From assembly GCA_905178155.1 (NCBI GenBank), contig CAJINV010000001.1:282344-346343 (forward strand): a DNA stretch of 64,000 nucleotides, read 5' to 3'. The notes under the pieces are model-generated. The model saw only the letters and a program-made list of their open reading frames with translations. It did no database searches and was not told where the DNA came from. Positions within the stretch are counted from its first letter, which is position 1. Every line of letters begins with the position of its first letter. This stretch comes from Amoebophrya sp. A120 (taxonomy: Eukaryota > Protista > Dinoflagellata). A program made the position numbers and the translations under genes. Positions 47,696 to 60,196 of this stretch are shown here, one piece after another.

Positions 47696-50600
47696 TTACT
47701 CTTTCCGCCAGACAGAGAGTTCGCCTTGCAAACAGCACTTGCAGTCCAGAAACAACTCCACCACCTCGGTGTCCACCGCGTCAACACCAGCAGAACCCTG
47801 ATCCGCGTGCTCTTCTCCTGTTCCCTTTACAGCTGCGACGTCCTCCGCTACCGCTTCTGCTTCGAAAAAAATCGTGTACTCGAAAATTCCCTCGCCGGTT
47901 TTCTCGCCCTCTTGCGACTTGTCCACGAACCCCACCCGGCCGCTGCTGCCGCGCGTCTGGATACGTAGCTTGGGCATCTCGGAAGAAAACTTTCCCACCG
48001 GACAGCGCACGAGGATTTGCTCCAGCACGTTCCGCACTTGCTTTGCCGGATTCAACTCGTCACCTTGGGTGATGGTTGGAGAACCTCCTGGAGCGTACAT
48101 TCCGCCAATAGCGGAGGTCTTCGAAAGCGCGTTGACATTTTTGTACTCCATGCGGTAAAGATGCAGATTTTGAAAGCGCACGGGCAACTGCAGCGCGTTT
48201 TGCCAGACGTTCTCGTTCGTAGCACCGTCTTTCAAGGTGATGGCCATGAAGGAAGGGGGACACTGCAGGTGGACAATTTCTTGCTCCAGAACGACGACCG
48301 GCTCAAAATCCTCGGCAACAACGAGCCTCGCGATTAACTGCTTTTCCGCTGGATCTACAGGATCGGCAACAGGAGCCAGAAAAGCAGATTGTGGACTTGA
48401 AGCGGACGAAGTGTTGACCTGTGCCGGAAGAAACGGCTGCACGTGGTCTTGTTCGTTCATCAGCGAATTTTTGGCTGCAGCAGTCGCACTTGGTTCATGG
48501 TTCATCGGCGACGACATGTTATTTACTGTGCCTGCAGATTGCACCTGCACCCCCGTTGAACTTGCTGCTGCTGCTGCACTCATCGGCGGCGACCACAGTG
48601 GGCTATTCGGAAACAACATCTGCTCCCCGGTTGTAAGGTTAGGAGCCCCGGCCACTCCGCTCGGCGTCTGCGCCAGCAAATCCGTTGTGCCCGGTGAGTT
48701 GTAGCTCGGTTTGTTCTTGTGGAGGTCCAAGATGGTCGGCGGTAATAGTCCCGCGGCAGTGGTCCCGCCTTGGCTCTTGTTCGAAACATCCCCGCCAGTC
48801 GACTTCATCGGCATCGTGTCGGGCGATGGGACACCGTGCTGCGACGTTGAACTTGCTCCCGGAGGACCCTCCTCCACTGAAGGCAGTGAGCTGTTGGGCG
48901 AAGGGATCGCCGGCCCGCCGCTGGTGCGGGCCGGCTTAAACACCGTTCCAGAACCTCCGCCGGTACTACTAGAAAGTGCTGGGGTCATTCCTGCGGGTGT
49001 CAACTGACTCTTTCCAACCGACATTGCAGCGCTCGGGGACGATGAAATCGGCTGCACTAGTACGTGCGGGCTTGAAAAGAGATCAAGTTTTGTCGGCGGA
49101 TGGATCGGCGCAGCCTGCTGCACCTCCACGGTGCCCGCCGCGGCAGAGGGAGACGATGCTGAATCCACTTTCTTCACGCTGGAAGATGTTGTTGCAGCCA
49201 AAGCGGTTTCCTTGGTCGGGTCTTTTTGTCGTTCGGAAACCTTCTCCACTTCGATCAGTTGGTCAAGATCCCGAACGCTGGTGGGCGGGGTCCGCTCTTT
49301 CGTCGACCCTCCGACTTCCTCCTCGAGTTGCTCGGCGATGGAAGGTTGCTGCAGGTCCTTCTGGTCCTTCTGCCGCGCCGGCGGTCCTCCTCCTGCATTC
49401 GTACTTTTCTCGTGCGCGGGTAGTTCTAAAACGTTTTCATTTTCCTTCTCCCTGCTAGGCGGGCTGAACGGAGCGTACTGGGGACCACCTTGTACCTGTT
49501 CCTGCTGCTCCATCGCTTTCTTTTTGTTCTTCTTCCCGTAGTTGCGCTTCTCCGTGCTGGCGATAGAAGAGCTCGAGCTGGAGGAAAGCCAGGACGAGTT
49601 CGCCAGAGAGGAAAACATGCTTCCGAAAAACCCGGACGACCCGCTCTTCTGTTTATTTTGGGACTTACCGGACGAGGACGCCGCAGCTGGCGCACCGGGT
49701 GTAGTATTAGTCCCGGTCGTTTGCGCTTGGGTACTAGATTTCGACGAAGAAGTTTTTTGTTCTACTCCCGCTGCAGCAGGCTGCGGTGAGGACGACCCTG
49801 CAGCGGGCTCTAGTTGTTCCTTGGACGAGTGTTTCTTGGATTCCGCCGGTTTTACCAGTACTTCCTCCGACGAGGGCATCGCAAATTTTTCCTCTTTTTC
49901 AAGGCGAGATTGTTCTTTCTCCAATACTTCTGGTTCCGGCGGCGCCGGACTGGTGTCTGGTCTATTCAGATACCCTGTAACCTCCATCAGCCGATCCATG
50001 TAGCTCTTCCCCAGGTCGTCCTGTTTCGTTTTGCCGGGACTCTCGGGAACGTTCTCCTCCGGTGGCACACCGATACTCACGGACGGTGTGTCTGGACTCA
50101 GACTTTCACCCGTACCGGGGATTGTGGCGTTGACTTGCGGTGTGGCTACAAGGGCAACATTGGATGTTTTCGCATTACTTCCACCACTCGTGCCAGAGCT
50201 CTGGCTCGTGCGTTTGGCTTGTTGATTAGCCGGGCTACTAGCGTTTGCACTCGCTGTGGCGTCTGCCTCCTCCTCTTCTCCGGCGAGGAGCACAGCATCA
50301 AACGTGAACTTCTCTGGCATGTCCATTTTATATGGGTTCAGGGTTTTAACCGACTTGCGCAACAGCAAAGGAGTGGCGGTTCCGGACTGTTGTGAAAAAT
50401 GCACACCAGCTCCTTGGCTCGTGCTCGTCGCCACACCGGGTGTAGTACTAACATTAAAACCACCACCGCTGCCGCCATTAGAAGTCACGCTCCCCCGAGA
50501 AGTAGAACTTTGGTACGACACCCGTCGTAGCTGGTCCACCTCGCTCCACCGTGCGGCCGCGGCTGCTGGTGCGTTTCCGCTGTTGACGAACTGTGCAGTT

Positions 50601-51409
50601 GCGGAGAGCACGGATTTGTCAAGACTGTTTTGATGCAATGAATGTTCCTGCGGCGATGCGGTTGTCAAATGCGAATTCTGTCTGCTACTTTCCTCGGACC
50701 GAATTCGTTCCTCGAACGAGAGTAATTTTGTCGCCTTCGGTAGCGCGTTGATAGTCAGCTGGGCGGCGGTAAGCTTTGAGTTGGTGTTTCCGCTGTGCCG
50801 CGAAGTAGGGACGACACAACTTCCGTCGGGCGTGTCAGGAGCTCCGGTGCTATGATTTCCAAGCGGAATCGGGAGGTTCGTCGTGCTTCCGTCGTAATTG
50901 GTTGAAACTAGCGCACGGGTTGTCGTTGTCGTAGACGATGATCCAGACCCGCGGCCGATAGCCGGCTTGTTGCCGCTTGTTCCGGGTAAATACCCCAATT
51001 CTTCCGCAGTTCGCAGTGTGTTCATCCGCTGGCGCTCTAGCATCTCTGCGGCGGTCAGTTTGGTTGTAGCTCCTTTGTTCGACGATGCACCGCTCAGCAG
51101 GCTTCCCACCTGCACGTAGTTCCGGGCAGCTGCCAGGGTGTTCGGACTAGTTGGGGAGGGCTGTGCCGAAGATGATGCTCCGGCATTTGCCTGTAGAAAC
51201 ACCACTGGCTCGTGTTGCGAGGTGGTTCCCCCGAATTCTGACTGCGACATCGACGGCGACTGTGTTTGGCTGTACGACTGAGAATTTGAAGCTTGTCCTC
51301 CGGCGGGAACGGATTCGCTGCCGTCGTCTGGCGACACCTTGGCAGCCACAAAAACCGCCTCGGCTCGCTGCTCCTCCACGACATGGTTGGCATTTTCGAA
51401 GTCCGCCAT
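47696..51409 (-). CDS. Hypothetical large S/T/P-rich protein with a globular-looking C-terminal ~200 aa
   Basis: Uninterrupted ORF of about 1240 codons from MADFENAN. No family recognised. Confidence 0.75.
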   Translation of the reverse strand: MADFENANHVVEEQRAEAVFVAAKVSPDDGSESVPAGGQASNSQSYSQTQSPSMSQSEFGGTTSQHEPVVFLQANAGASSSAQPSPTSPNTLAAARNYVQVGSLLSGASSNKGATTKLTAAEMLERQRMNTLRTAEELGYLPGTSGNKPAIGRGSGSSSTTTTTRALVSTNYDGSTTNLPIPLGNHSTGAPDTPDGSCVVPTSRHSGNTNSKLTAAQLTINALPKATKLLSFEERIRSEESSRQNSHLTTASPQEHSLHQNSLDKSVLSATAQFVNSGNAPAAAAARWSEVDQLRRVSYQSSTSRGSVTSNGGSGGGFNVSTTPGVATSTSQGAGVHFSQQSGTATPLLLRKSVKTLNPYKMDMPEKFTFDAVLLAGEEEEADATASANASSPANQQAKRTSQSSGTSGGSNAKTSNVALVATPQVNATIPGTGESLSPDTPSVSIGVPPEENVPESPGKTKQDDLGKSYMDRLMEVTGYLNRPDTSPAPPEPEVLEKEQSRLEKEEKFAMPSSEEVLVKPAESKKHSSKEQLEPAAGSSSPQPAAAGVEQKTSSSKSSTQAQTTGTNTTPGAPAAASSSGKSQNKQKSGSSGFFGSMFSSLANSSWLSSSSSSSIASTEKRNYGKKNKKKAMEQQEQVQGGPQYAPFSPPSREKENENVLELPAHEKSTNAGGGPPARQKDQKDLQQPSIAEQLEEEVGGSTKERTPPTSVRDLDQLIEVEKVSERQKDPTKETALAATTSSSVKKVDSASSPSAAAGTVEVQQAAPIHPPTKLDLFSSPHVLVQPISSSPSAAMSVGKSQLTPAGMTPALSSSTGGGSGTVFKPARTSGGPAIPSPNSSLPSVEEGPPGASSTSQHGVPSPDTMPMKSTGGDVSNKSQGGTTAAGLLPPTILDLHKNKPSYNSPGTTDLLAQTPSGVAGAPNLTTGEQMLFPNSPLWSPPMSAAAAASSTGVQVQSAGTVNNMSSPMNHEPSATAAAKNSLMNEQDHVQPFLPAQVNTSSASSPQSAFLAPVADPVDPAEKQLIARLVVAEDFEPVVVLEQEIVHLQCPPSFMAITLKDGATNENVWQNALQLPVRFQNLHLYRMEYKNVNALSKTSAIGGMYAPGGSPTITQGDELNPAKQVRNVLEQILVRCPVGKFSSEMPKLRIQTRGSSGRVGFVDKSQEGEKTGEGIFEYTIFFEAEAVAEDVAAVKGTGEEHADQGSAGVDAVDTEVVELFLDCKCCLQGELSVWRKE

Positions 51410-51724
51410 CTTAATATGCGGACGGAGGCAGACGCAGATGAAGTTCTCGTTTTTTTTACATACTGCCAAGCTCTAGTTGTAACCTAAATCCCAAGAAACT
51501 TCTAATGCGTTTTCCTCCTACGAATACGTGGTAGGTACCAGATGCCGACAACAACGAGATGCCAAAAAGCATAGCTTCGGGGGGCGCTCGGTACCAGATG
51601 ACTAACTCCATCTCTATTCGACACGAAACCTCAAACCACCGACGTCGCAAATTCAGATTTTCTTGCGGTTGTCCAGCGCGTGGAGCCACGAAGAAACGAA
51701 CCTCATGCTCATACTCGTCGTCCT

Positions 51725-54700
51725 TCACAACTGCAACATATTAACTCTAAACTTCCCAGAGAAGGAACACTCCGTCTCAACCAGAATCTTGACTACATTC
51801 CAATTTCCCGTGCTCAAGAGCAGCCTCGTCAAGTGCGAGCTACATTGTTCATTTCCTGAGAATGATGCTCCCGATCTACTTGGTGTTCTTGACAAAAGAT
51901 CTACAATCGACCTGTAGGGTGAGCACTGGTGAATAGGTGCGCCCAAATATCCCACAGAAAAAAGCTGGCAGGGCATATTTCTTTGTAATGCAAAAATAAA
52001 TACACAGAAAAATCTGCCATGGGCGGCCTCATAGCATGCTGTTTAGGATACGCAATACAGATTTTCTTGTGTATTTATTTTTGCAATACAAATGTGACCT
52101 GCCAGCTTTTTTCTGTGGGATACCAAAGTGTTGAGCCAGTCGAGTTTGCAGAGCGCATTCTCCCTATCAAACGTAAAAATGTCTGGGTCTAGAAGAATGC
52201 AACTTGTCATACTAAATCTGGAGCATGCAAAAATCAGTGTTGCATGATTACCAAAAGTCGTCCAGTTTTGACCAAGTCGCGAGGGCGTTTTTCATGCAGG
52301 ATAGGCATGAGAGAGATCGCACAGAATCTGTCATGCTAGGTCCTGCATTCCAGACCTCATGGGTCATGGAAAAGCTGCATGACAGAACGCGCATTCTTCC
52401 AGACCCAGACATTTTTACATTCCATACTCCCCGGCGATCAGCATCTCCTTCCACGAGGGTAGTTGAGGCTTTTGTTTCACATTCACTGGGTCTACATTTA
52501 TTGGAGTGGAAGACAATTTGTTTTCACTACGTAGTCGATGGGAGGTAATCCCATCGACAATCTTCCAAGGACGCATGTTGTGGGGGTACCAGAGGGCGAC
52601 CTGACCCCAGTCTATGTAGGGTGACGCAATGGTGTTTATTTTCACCGAAGATACAGTGCTGGTGGTCCCTTGCATGTTCCTATCATTCATCTCATTTTTC
52701 ATTTCTTCGCGTCTCCCCACCCTCGTCCGCAAGGGTGTTGGACCGATTGAAAACGGCGGCTCGAGATGGTCGCTGAGCGACACGGGTACGCAACCGGAAA
52801 AGAACGTTTCATACAGACGCCCGGTGTATGCCGCGAGACCGCGCGGCACCAGGCAGTACTTGCACGTGTCCCCGAGGATCTTTTGATGAATCCTCGTTCC
52901 CATCGGCTGTCCGACATGCAGACCGCCGCTCCCGCTGGTCGAGGCGTGAAGCGCCGCGTGCTGCATGGTCACTCCCTCATACGCCAGCGCGGAAGTAGCC
53001 GCAGTTGGCGTCAGAGCCGCTCTTGAAGATGTGCTGGGAGAGGTTGCTGGTGTCCTCGAATTCATCAGTTTCTCGCGGTTTCGTTCTACTTTTCGGCGTG
53101 TTTTCTTGACTGTGGCTACGTAGTTATCCCATTTTGCAGTCTTGAACTGCAGTTCTTCCACCAGCTCAGACCTCGTCGTTTCGTTCACGGAAACGTACGC
53201 GTTGTTGACTCTGTCACCGAGTTGCCAACCGTGTCTCCCGGTGCGTGCGCGCTGCCCGTGCCAGCAGACAAGCTGCGTCCGATTGGGCCAAACGTAGTTG
53301 CGGTGCTTCAAGTACGCATTCGCCCGGTTATTGTCGACGACCGACGGGACAATGATCGTTGAACCAGCGGATAGAGGAGTTTTTGGTTTTGGTTTTTTCT
53401 CCTGCTTGCTTGCAAGAACATCTTGTTCAACACCAACGCTTATAATTTCTTCATCCCTTCTATTCGCCTTCCCCTCGTCCCCGGTGCGACGGTCGTAGCA
53501 CAAGTCAGTCTCGCAATGAGACAGGTAGTCAAAGAAGCTCTGTGGTGCCAGTGAAACGGTGGTATTCGTTTCCGTCGGCGGCAGCTGCTCTGCTGCGTCT
53601 GCTTTGACAAGCCCTGGCTTGGTGTTATCCAAACTGCTACGAAGAGTTCTTGAAGGTACAAGTACATCATCGACTTGCGGGGGCACAGTAGCAGCTTCCA
53701 TTTTCGTTTCGTCTCCTTCGACCCTTTCCAGCAGATACTGTGCCGCGCTTTCGATAATCTGCACGGTTTCCACCCTCGCCGCTTGCAGCACCGGTCTGCT
53801 CTCCACGGCCAAAATAGTTGCGTCCGACAGCCAGGAGTACCCTTTCAGCCGCGGATCCCCAAATAACGCGGTCCACGCACTGGACGAGAACACCACCACC
53901 GTTTTGTTTAGTTCCGTGAAAATTTTCTCGGTCTTCCCGCGCCGTCGGAACGCTTTTTCCATTTGCAGTCCGCTGAACCGACTGTGCACGTCGATCGCAA
54001 AGTTCTCCGCGCGATCCAAAAACTCCGCGAGGGCGCCGGCATAGTTGACCGGGAGGTCAAACTCTGTAGTTCCACCGGCGTGACCGCCGGGAATCGATAC
54101 CGGCCTCGCAGGGCGAAAAACCGCGGCGTGCCAGGTAGCTTTGGCGCATTCGAGACGCGTTGTCGTGCGTGGACGAGCCTTCATTTTGCTCGTGGTCCTG
54201 TGGGGACCGGGACGGTTCTGTCTTGATGTCCGCCCCGTGGAGTTCCTCGACTGTTCAACGAAGACCTCCTGCGACCGTGGCCGCGCCCGAAGGATTTGGT
54301 TTGCGATGAGGTTCAGTTTTTCCGCGAAGGTTGGAATTGTGTAGAGACGGTCGAAAACATGGACGATAGCAGTATTCTTGCCTTTGTTCTCAACGCGCTT
54401 TATTTCTCCGTCCGGTAGTTTGTTCGCAGACCCAGATCGAACTTCGCCCAACAGCTCGACTCCGCGCAGCCGGACGCGTGTCAGGAACTCTCTTACCGCG
54501 GAATACAGCGCGAAAACGGAAGGTCGCTTCGGCCTCGCCCAGCGCCGAGACACCGCAGCCCGCACGTCTTTCACTTGTTGTGCTGTATGCAAGAGTTCGC
54601 GATGCACGTCGTAGAAGGGGAGAAAGTAGTAGTCTGCTTCCGCCGGGTCCGACACCGTCGTTCCAAATTTATTGTTCACGAGGAACCGATGAAAGTACAC

Positions 54701-56386
54701 ATCCGCCGTGTAGACATTCACCTGCGCAGCCGCCGTCACATAGTCGAATTCCTCGTCCTCTGCGGGGCCAAGCACGTTTTTGTGCACATAAAACTTCGCT
54801 TGCGTCTTTCCCGGAGAGATTTGGAGGGCGGGGCTGGTGCGTGAAGTAGATGTTGTTGTGCCGTCTCCTAGTAACACAGCGAGACCGTGGTCCGCAGGTG
54901 GACCAGGAGCCCCCTGCGCCAGCAACAACTCCCGGGACACGTGCGGAACGCGGCTCCCGGTGGCGAGCAGCACGAGGTAGTCGTAATTCGAATGGTCCAA
55001 GAACAGGTTCCAAAGACAGTCTGTGGCTAGTCGGTCGCGATATTTTCCGGTCACGAGGCGCGCCAAGTACTCCAGTTGTCTCACGCGCGCCCGGCGCTCG
55101 GGCTTACTCACCAGCGGGTGCCGTCCCTCATGTAGTCGGTCCGCACTGGCTCGACGACCCGCGTGGGCGAGGCGCGCGTGAAGCTCGAGCGCGAGGTGTG
55201 AGCGTTCTAGAAACTTCTGTAATTGTCCGGCGGAGCTAGTACTTTTTGGCGGTGATTTTGAAGATGCCGTAGGATCATGATCCGATTGCAACGCTACTAC
55301 ACCAGGCTCCTTCACTGTTTGATTCGTTTTCCACCGTACAGGCGCTGACAGAACTTCCGCCACGGCAGACACATTCCTCGCAAGAAGGTGCGGTCTGCGC
55401 CACAGCGTGCGTTTTCGAAACCGGCGTGCCCGCGCCTGAGTTAGTTTGTCAAGTGCTTCTGCAGACAAAAACAAGAGCTCTGCCGCGGTGGCCTGTGTAG
55501 ACCGCGCCGACTGCTCGTGTTCACTGCGTGGCAAATGGAATAATCCTTGCGACGACGTTGGCTGGGGATTATACTCACCGTCTGGAACTACAGCCGCGTG
55601 TGACTGTGACGAACGTTGTTCTTTTCCTGCCGCAGCATTGTCGTACTTAGGAGGCCAGATCGCGCTACAAAAAGAGTTTGCATTTTGAAGTATTTCCTTT
55701 TCATGGGTCCGTATCCACACCGCAGACGTCTCCGTCTCGTCTCCCGTCGTTGCAGCAGACGCGTGCGCTCTTGTTGACCCTGCGAGGGATCTCTGCCGGA
55801 TACTAGGGACGAGAGTTCTTGAAGAGGCCGCGTTCGGAGATGATGACGGGGAAGAAGTCGGCAACAGGAGACTTTGCTTCACGCGCAACAAGTCCGTATG
55901 CACACGCTGTCGCTGTAGCAGAAGACTCGGTGACTGACAAAAAGAAGAAGTGTCGCGGTTTGGATCGTCCGTTCTTGCAAATGAGTTGAAGCAATTTTGC
56001 GAACCTTCACTGGGTGGACTAACGATGTCTCCACTATCAACATCTTCACCGACGTTTGGGTTTCGGTTTCCGTCCCGGCGACCGACGTAGGCATTCCAGA
56101 ACTGGTCTCGTGCCGCGGCTATAGCTGCCGGACTGCGACCAGGCGTCGCTCCATGAATTCCAATTCCCCGCGTGCCGTCTATTATCTTCCGATACGCAAC
56201 CCACAAAGGGTCGTCCTCACTGGATGAGGGCTCTTCGCGAGTCTCATGCGAGTTCTTTCGGGTAGTGCTTCGTGCGCTTCTGGCCGCAGGGGCCAAAATG
56301 TATATGGTTGAAACAAAAAGAAGTGATGCACGAGGGGGGAGAAGAAACCCAAAAATTCGCAACACAAAACTCCACGGAAGTGCCAT
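51725..56386 (-). CDS. Exostosin-like glycosyltransferase (GT47)
   Basis: Hydrophobic N-terminus; VSDPAEADYYFLPFY; CKYCLVPRGLAAYTGRLYETFFSGCVPVSLSDHLEPPF..IDW. The frame extends to 51725 after removing two introners. Confidence 0.85.
51948..52122. mobile_element. Introner family E (175 bp, almost wholly palindromic), TSD ccaaa
   Basis: Arms tatcccacagaaaaaagctggcagg / cctgccagcttttttctgtgggata extend to about 70 bp. Removal gives WLNTLG-APIHQC. Confidence 0.9.
52165..52426. mobile_element. Introner family A (262 bp), TSD ctccc
   Basis: Close relative of 46178-46439. Removal gives LIAGE-NALCKLD. Confidence 0.92.
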
Positions 56387-56531
56387 CTTCTCCTTCCCTA
56401 GGATCCAAGTATCACCAAGAATTCCTCTTGCAGAAGCAGATTGTCATTGTCAATATTCTTGCGCACTATCATCTCAGAGCTTCTTGGGAAAGCAGATCGT
56501 CTTTGATACCATCTATCAAGATCGGAAACGA

Positions 56532-57387
56532 TTAGGGCGGAAAAATCGGCAAATAGCATCACTTTTGCCAGCGCACTTTTTGGGGGGGTAAAAGATTTTT
56601 TTTGTTGGGGGCGCAACATCTTGGAAGCCGACTCGCCTCGCGTGTCACTTCATCTGTTCCACCGGAAACATGATGGCTGAGCTTTGGAAATGCCGCAACA
56701 CCAGGACCAGAAGCAGGCCACAGCGCCTTCGTTCTGTGCCTTGTCGTTCAGATGGCCGGACGCTTTGTCGTGGGCCCGCTCTTCGAAAAGTGGCCGGGCC
56801 GCCTCCGTGACCGGGGCTTGACGAGGCCCTTCGCCCAGAAAAGGAGGCCCGGCCAGGGGGGGGTGGTCAGGGGGTTGCATTTTTGCCCCTCCCGGACAAC
56901 CCTCCCGGGTACCCCTTCCGGGTACCCTTTCGGTAGCCTATGCCGACCCCCTAATCCCCATTGAAAACTGCCGATTTTGCGTGCCCCAAAATGGTAGCCC
57001 AGAGGCAGCCCAAGCGGACCCCCTTACACCCCCCCTTCGGCACCCCCCCCGGAAGCACTTGACTGCTGGCGCGTCCGCCTTCTCAATATCCGGCCGGAGA
57101 GGGAAGATGAGAAGATATCTGGGCGCGTCCGGAACTGGATGTGGGAGAGGGGGCGCGGCTTCCCGCGCCAGAGGGCCGCAGGCCTGTGCAACTGCAACAA
57201 AGTGCTGTGGTTTTATTTCAAAAAGGGGGGGGCCGGATGGCGGACCGTGGCAACGAAGAGTGGCGCCAGCATCTAAATGGCCAACAGGAAAAAAGCAGTA
57301 GCGACACCCCCAACAGCCATAATTTTTTTGCCCCCCCAAAATGCGCGCTCACAAAAATGATGCTATTTGCCGATTTTTCCGCCCTAA
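56532..57387. mobile_element. MITE-like non-autonomous DNA element (856 bp), 5-bp TSD aacga
   Basis: TIR of about 65 bp: ttagggcggaaaaatcggcaaatagcatca.. / ..tgatgctatttgccgatttttccgccctaa. aacga at 56527-56531 and 57388-57392. Confidence 0.88.
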
Positions 57388-57760
57388 AACGAAAAAAAAC
57401 TTCTTGGGAAACAAGACACGCGGGTGACGTCGAGCAGACTGAAGTGTAAGCGAAGAACGCCAAGCACTTCTAAGAAAAAATGAAAGGAACGCTCTCGCCC
57501 AGGTCGAGCCCCCACAAAAATGAACGCCGACCTCGAGACATAGAGCCCGCCTCAAATTCTAAAGCTGTTGCGAGGTTGTGTCAATGTTCATTCGTGTACA
57601 TTTTAGTGTTCATGATCGGTAACCCCGACGTTTCAAATGCTAGTACTCGCATACTACACCTGGACCTGTTGTAGTAATCATCAGCAGCATTATTTCCCTC
57701 TTCACTATGATTTCATTTGCAACATCGGAGGTCTACTCAACATGTTCTTTAGGACAAACG

Positions 57761-59648
57761 TCAGCTGCCGTCCTTTGGTTGGTTGTCAACCATGAGCTTC
57801 CAGCCGTCCCCGCCCCGCGAAAAGTTCCGCTGCAGGTCCTCCAACTCCTTGGCCCAGCCCAGCTCCTCAGCGAGTTCGCGCACAACGTCGTCACAGCTGC
57901 CTGATAGAAACAGGTCCCGGAAGTTTTTTTCGTGTTCGAACTGGAAACCGCCGGTGCCAAAGTCCTTGCAGGTCCCGACCATCTCGTTATTGATCAAAAC
58001 CCGGGGGGTCTTCAGGTCGCAGTGCGTGATGAGCCGGTTGAAGGGCGCCACCTGCAGGCTGGTACCGAGCACGAGCACGCAGTCGGCAGCTTTGAAGTCC
58101 GCCTTCCGCAGCTGGTGAAAGCGGTCGGGCAGATTTTCGCCGAAAAAGACAATGTCCGGCTTCACCAGCCCATTGCAGGATTCCTCCACGGTCTTGAAGG
58201 CCTCGGGGTTATCGTCCTCCTCCGCATCGGGCGAAGTAGATGTCGGGGGGTTGTTTTCGTCTGTTTGCTGCGCGACAAATTCGAGGTTGCGGATTCGCTT
58301 TTTCACGATGGCGCTACACCTGTATGTACCGATAAATTTTATGAAAATGAAAAAAATGAAAATGATGTATACTCACATCAACTGGTGCCTCCAAACGAGA
58401 AGTTCGGCTCGATGTTTTTTTCGTCGCCAAAATTCCCAAAGAATTATATCAACCGTGTTCAACAACATTCTCGACGATTCGCAAAATCCTATCCCTACCT
58501 TGGCACTATGCCCTTTTCGATATCTTCCCTCCATTTTGTCAGCGACACCTGCGCTCCGCACTCCACACAGTGCACGTCGGCGAAGGACCCGTGCGCGTAG
58601 ACCACTTTTTCGTCCGGCAACCCCGCCTGCTTTTCCAGGGTGTCGATGTTCTGCGTGTACACGCGGCGCAGCAGGTCTTTCTGCAGCAGGAGCTGCAAGA
58701 AAAAGTGCGTGACCGTGGGCGCGAATTTCCCGGGTAGCATTTCCAAGGCCCGCTCGCGGAAAGGCTCCGGGTTTTGCTTAAAGTAGCTGATGTCAAACAG
58801 GGACTCGGGTCGGGACATGCCGTGCTCGCGCCGCAGCTTTTCGTAAAGCCCGTTCTTGCTCCGAAAATCCGGAATCCCGGCGCTGACGGAAATCCCCGCG
58901 CCCGTCATCGCGATATCGTGAGAAAAAAATCCCCCCTCCCCATATTGAAAAGGACACCTGTGATGCTGGATTTGCGTACAGAAATCTACTTGTATTGCTA
59001 GAAGTCCAAGAAGCACAGTTGTGGCCTCAATTTCAGGCAATTTGTCATACTGCTCTCCAGTTCCAGTTGCATCCTGTCATGCTGAAGATGCAAGGCTTTC
59101 TTTCCCACGCAAGCGAGCACTCCAGTCCGCATCTTTTGCTTTCTAGCATGGCAACATGATTTGTGGCCACAAATCATGCTACACAAATCTCCGTTTTAGT
59201 ATGGGCAGAAGGGAATTTTCCTTTTGATACACGACCAGATCCTTCCATAGCCCCTTGCGGATCTTGTCGGCCAGGGTCTTCAGCGATATGTCGTCGTTAA
59301 ACACGGCCGCGCGTTCCTCCTCCGGAATATCAAATGTAAAAATGTCTGGGTCTGGAAGAATGCAAGTTTGTCATGCTTGTCTCACATGACTCCTAAATTT
59401 GTCATGCACATTACCCAAGACCCCCATTTTTCTGTCATGCAGAAACGCAGTTTGTCATGCAGAATAGGCAACACCAAGAAGCTCAGAAACTTGTCATGCT
59501 GAGCCAGCACTTGTAGCCTCCTCATGATACGCCGCCCAGCGTTAGCGTTACAAGTTTCCAGACCCAGACATTTTTGCATTTGATACGGAATCGTGTCATA
59601 CCAGGAGGTGTCCTCTGGTTTTTCAAGTATGAGAAAACTATCGAACAT
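57761..59648 (-). CDS. Sir2-family NAD-dependent deacylase (class I, SIRT2-like); start uncertain
   Basis: VVMTGAGISVSAGIPDFRS, YTQNIDTLE, AHGSF..C..C, KPDIVFFGENLP and GTSLQVAPF. Two introners and one GT-AG intron. Confidence 0.93.
58914..59229. mobile_element. Introner family B (316 bp), TSD cgcga/cacga
   Basis: Removal restores KDLVV-MTGAGIS. Confidence 0.9.
59328..59585. mobile_element. Introner family A (258 bp), TSD cggaa
   Basis: Removal gives WYDTIP-EEERAAVF. Confidence 0.92.
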
Positions 59649-60196
59649 TTTTTCGCCCCAACTGTCACAATCACACTCGATGACTGTGTCTCATTTTGTG
59701 GGATCAATTCGACGCACCATGGTTGAAGATGTGCCGTAGTTTGTTTTCAGTCGAAAAGGTTTGGAGAATTCGTAGGGGGTACAGAATCCGATACGAAACC
59801 GAGAATTCGTGTTGTACAAAAGTATAAGCTATCTCCCAAGTATGTTCAAGTAGCTGTAGTACCAAAGTGCTGCAATACTAGGAATTGCAGGGAGGAATCA
59901 GATCAGATCAGAATATTACCGTTCGGTATGCTCGCACTCGTTGGTTACGGCGGTACAAAAGGAATCTTTAACTTTATCAGTTGTAGCAATTCACGCCTGC
60001 TTCAAGAAGATTCAAAGGGGTGTACGTAGACGACAATAACACGAAAGTGATATTAGGACGACCGATACCGGGCTTTCACTTGGGTTCAATTTGGATGGCC
60101 TGATAATATTTGAAGAGCATGTTCCACGACCGCTATTTTTTTCTAATTCGATCGTGCAGAGAGACGCTTTGCAGAAAGGACTCGAGCAGGGCAGCG

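Noticed and set aside
12290-56591. Plus-strand ORFs opposite the large genes
   Set aside because: Antisense shadows of GC-rich coding sequence with no independent motifs.
23918-59648. Recurrent peptides such as QMQKCLGLETC, PDPDIFT and YGEGGFF in many ORFs as a novel protein domain
   Set aside because: They are translations of introner terminal repeats running on from exons.
43938-59648. Calling CCA1, Sir2 and GT47 (and similarly TTLL and anoctamin) transposon-disrupted pseudogenes
   Set aside because: Frames and catalytic motifs are intact once the elements are removed and I saw no other lesions, which favours splicing.
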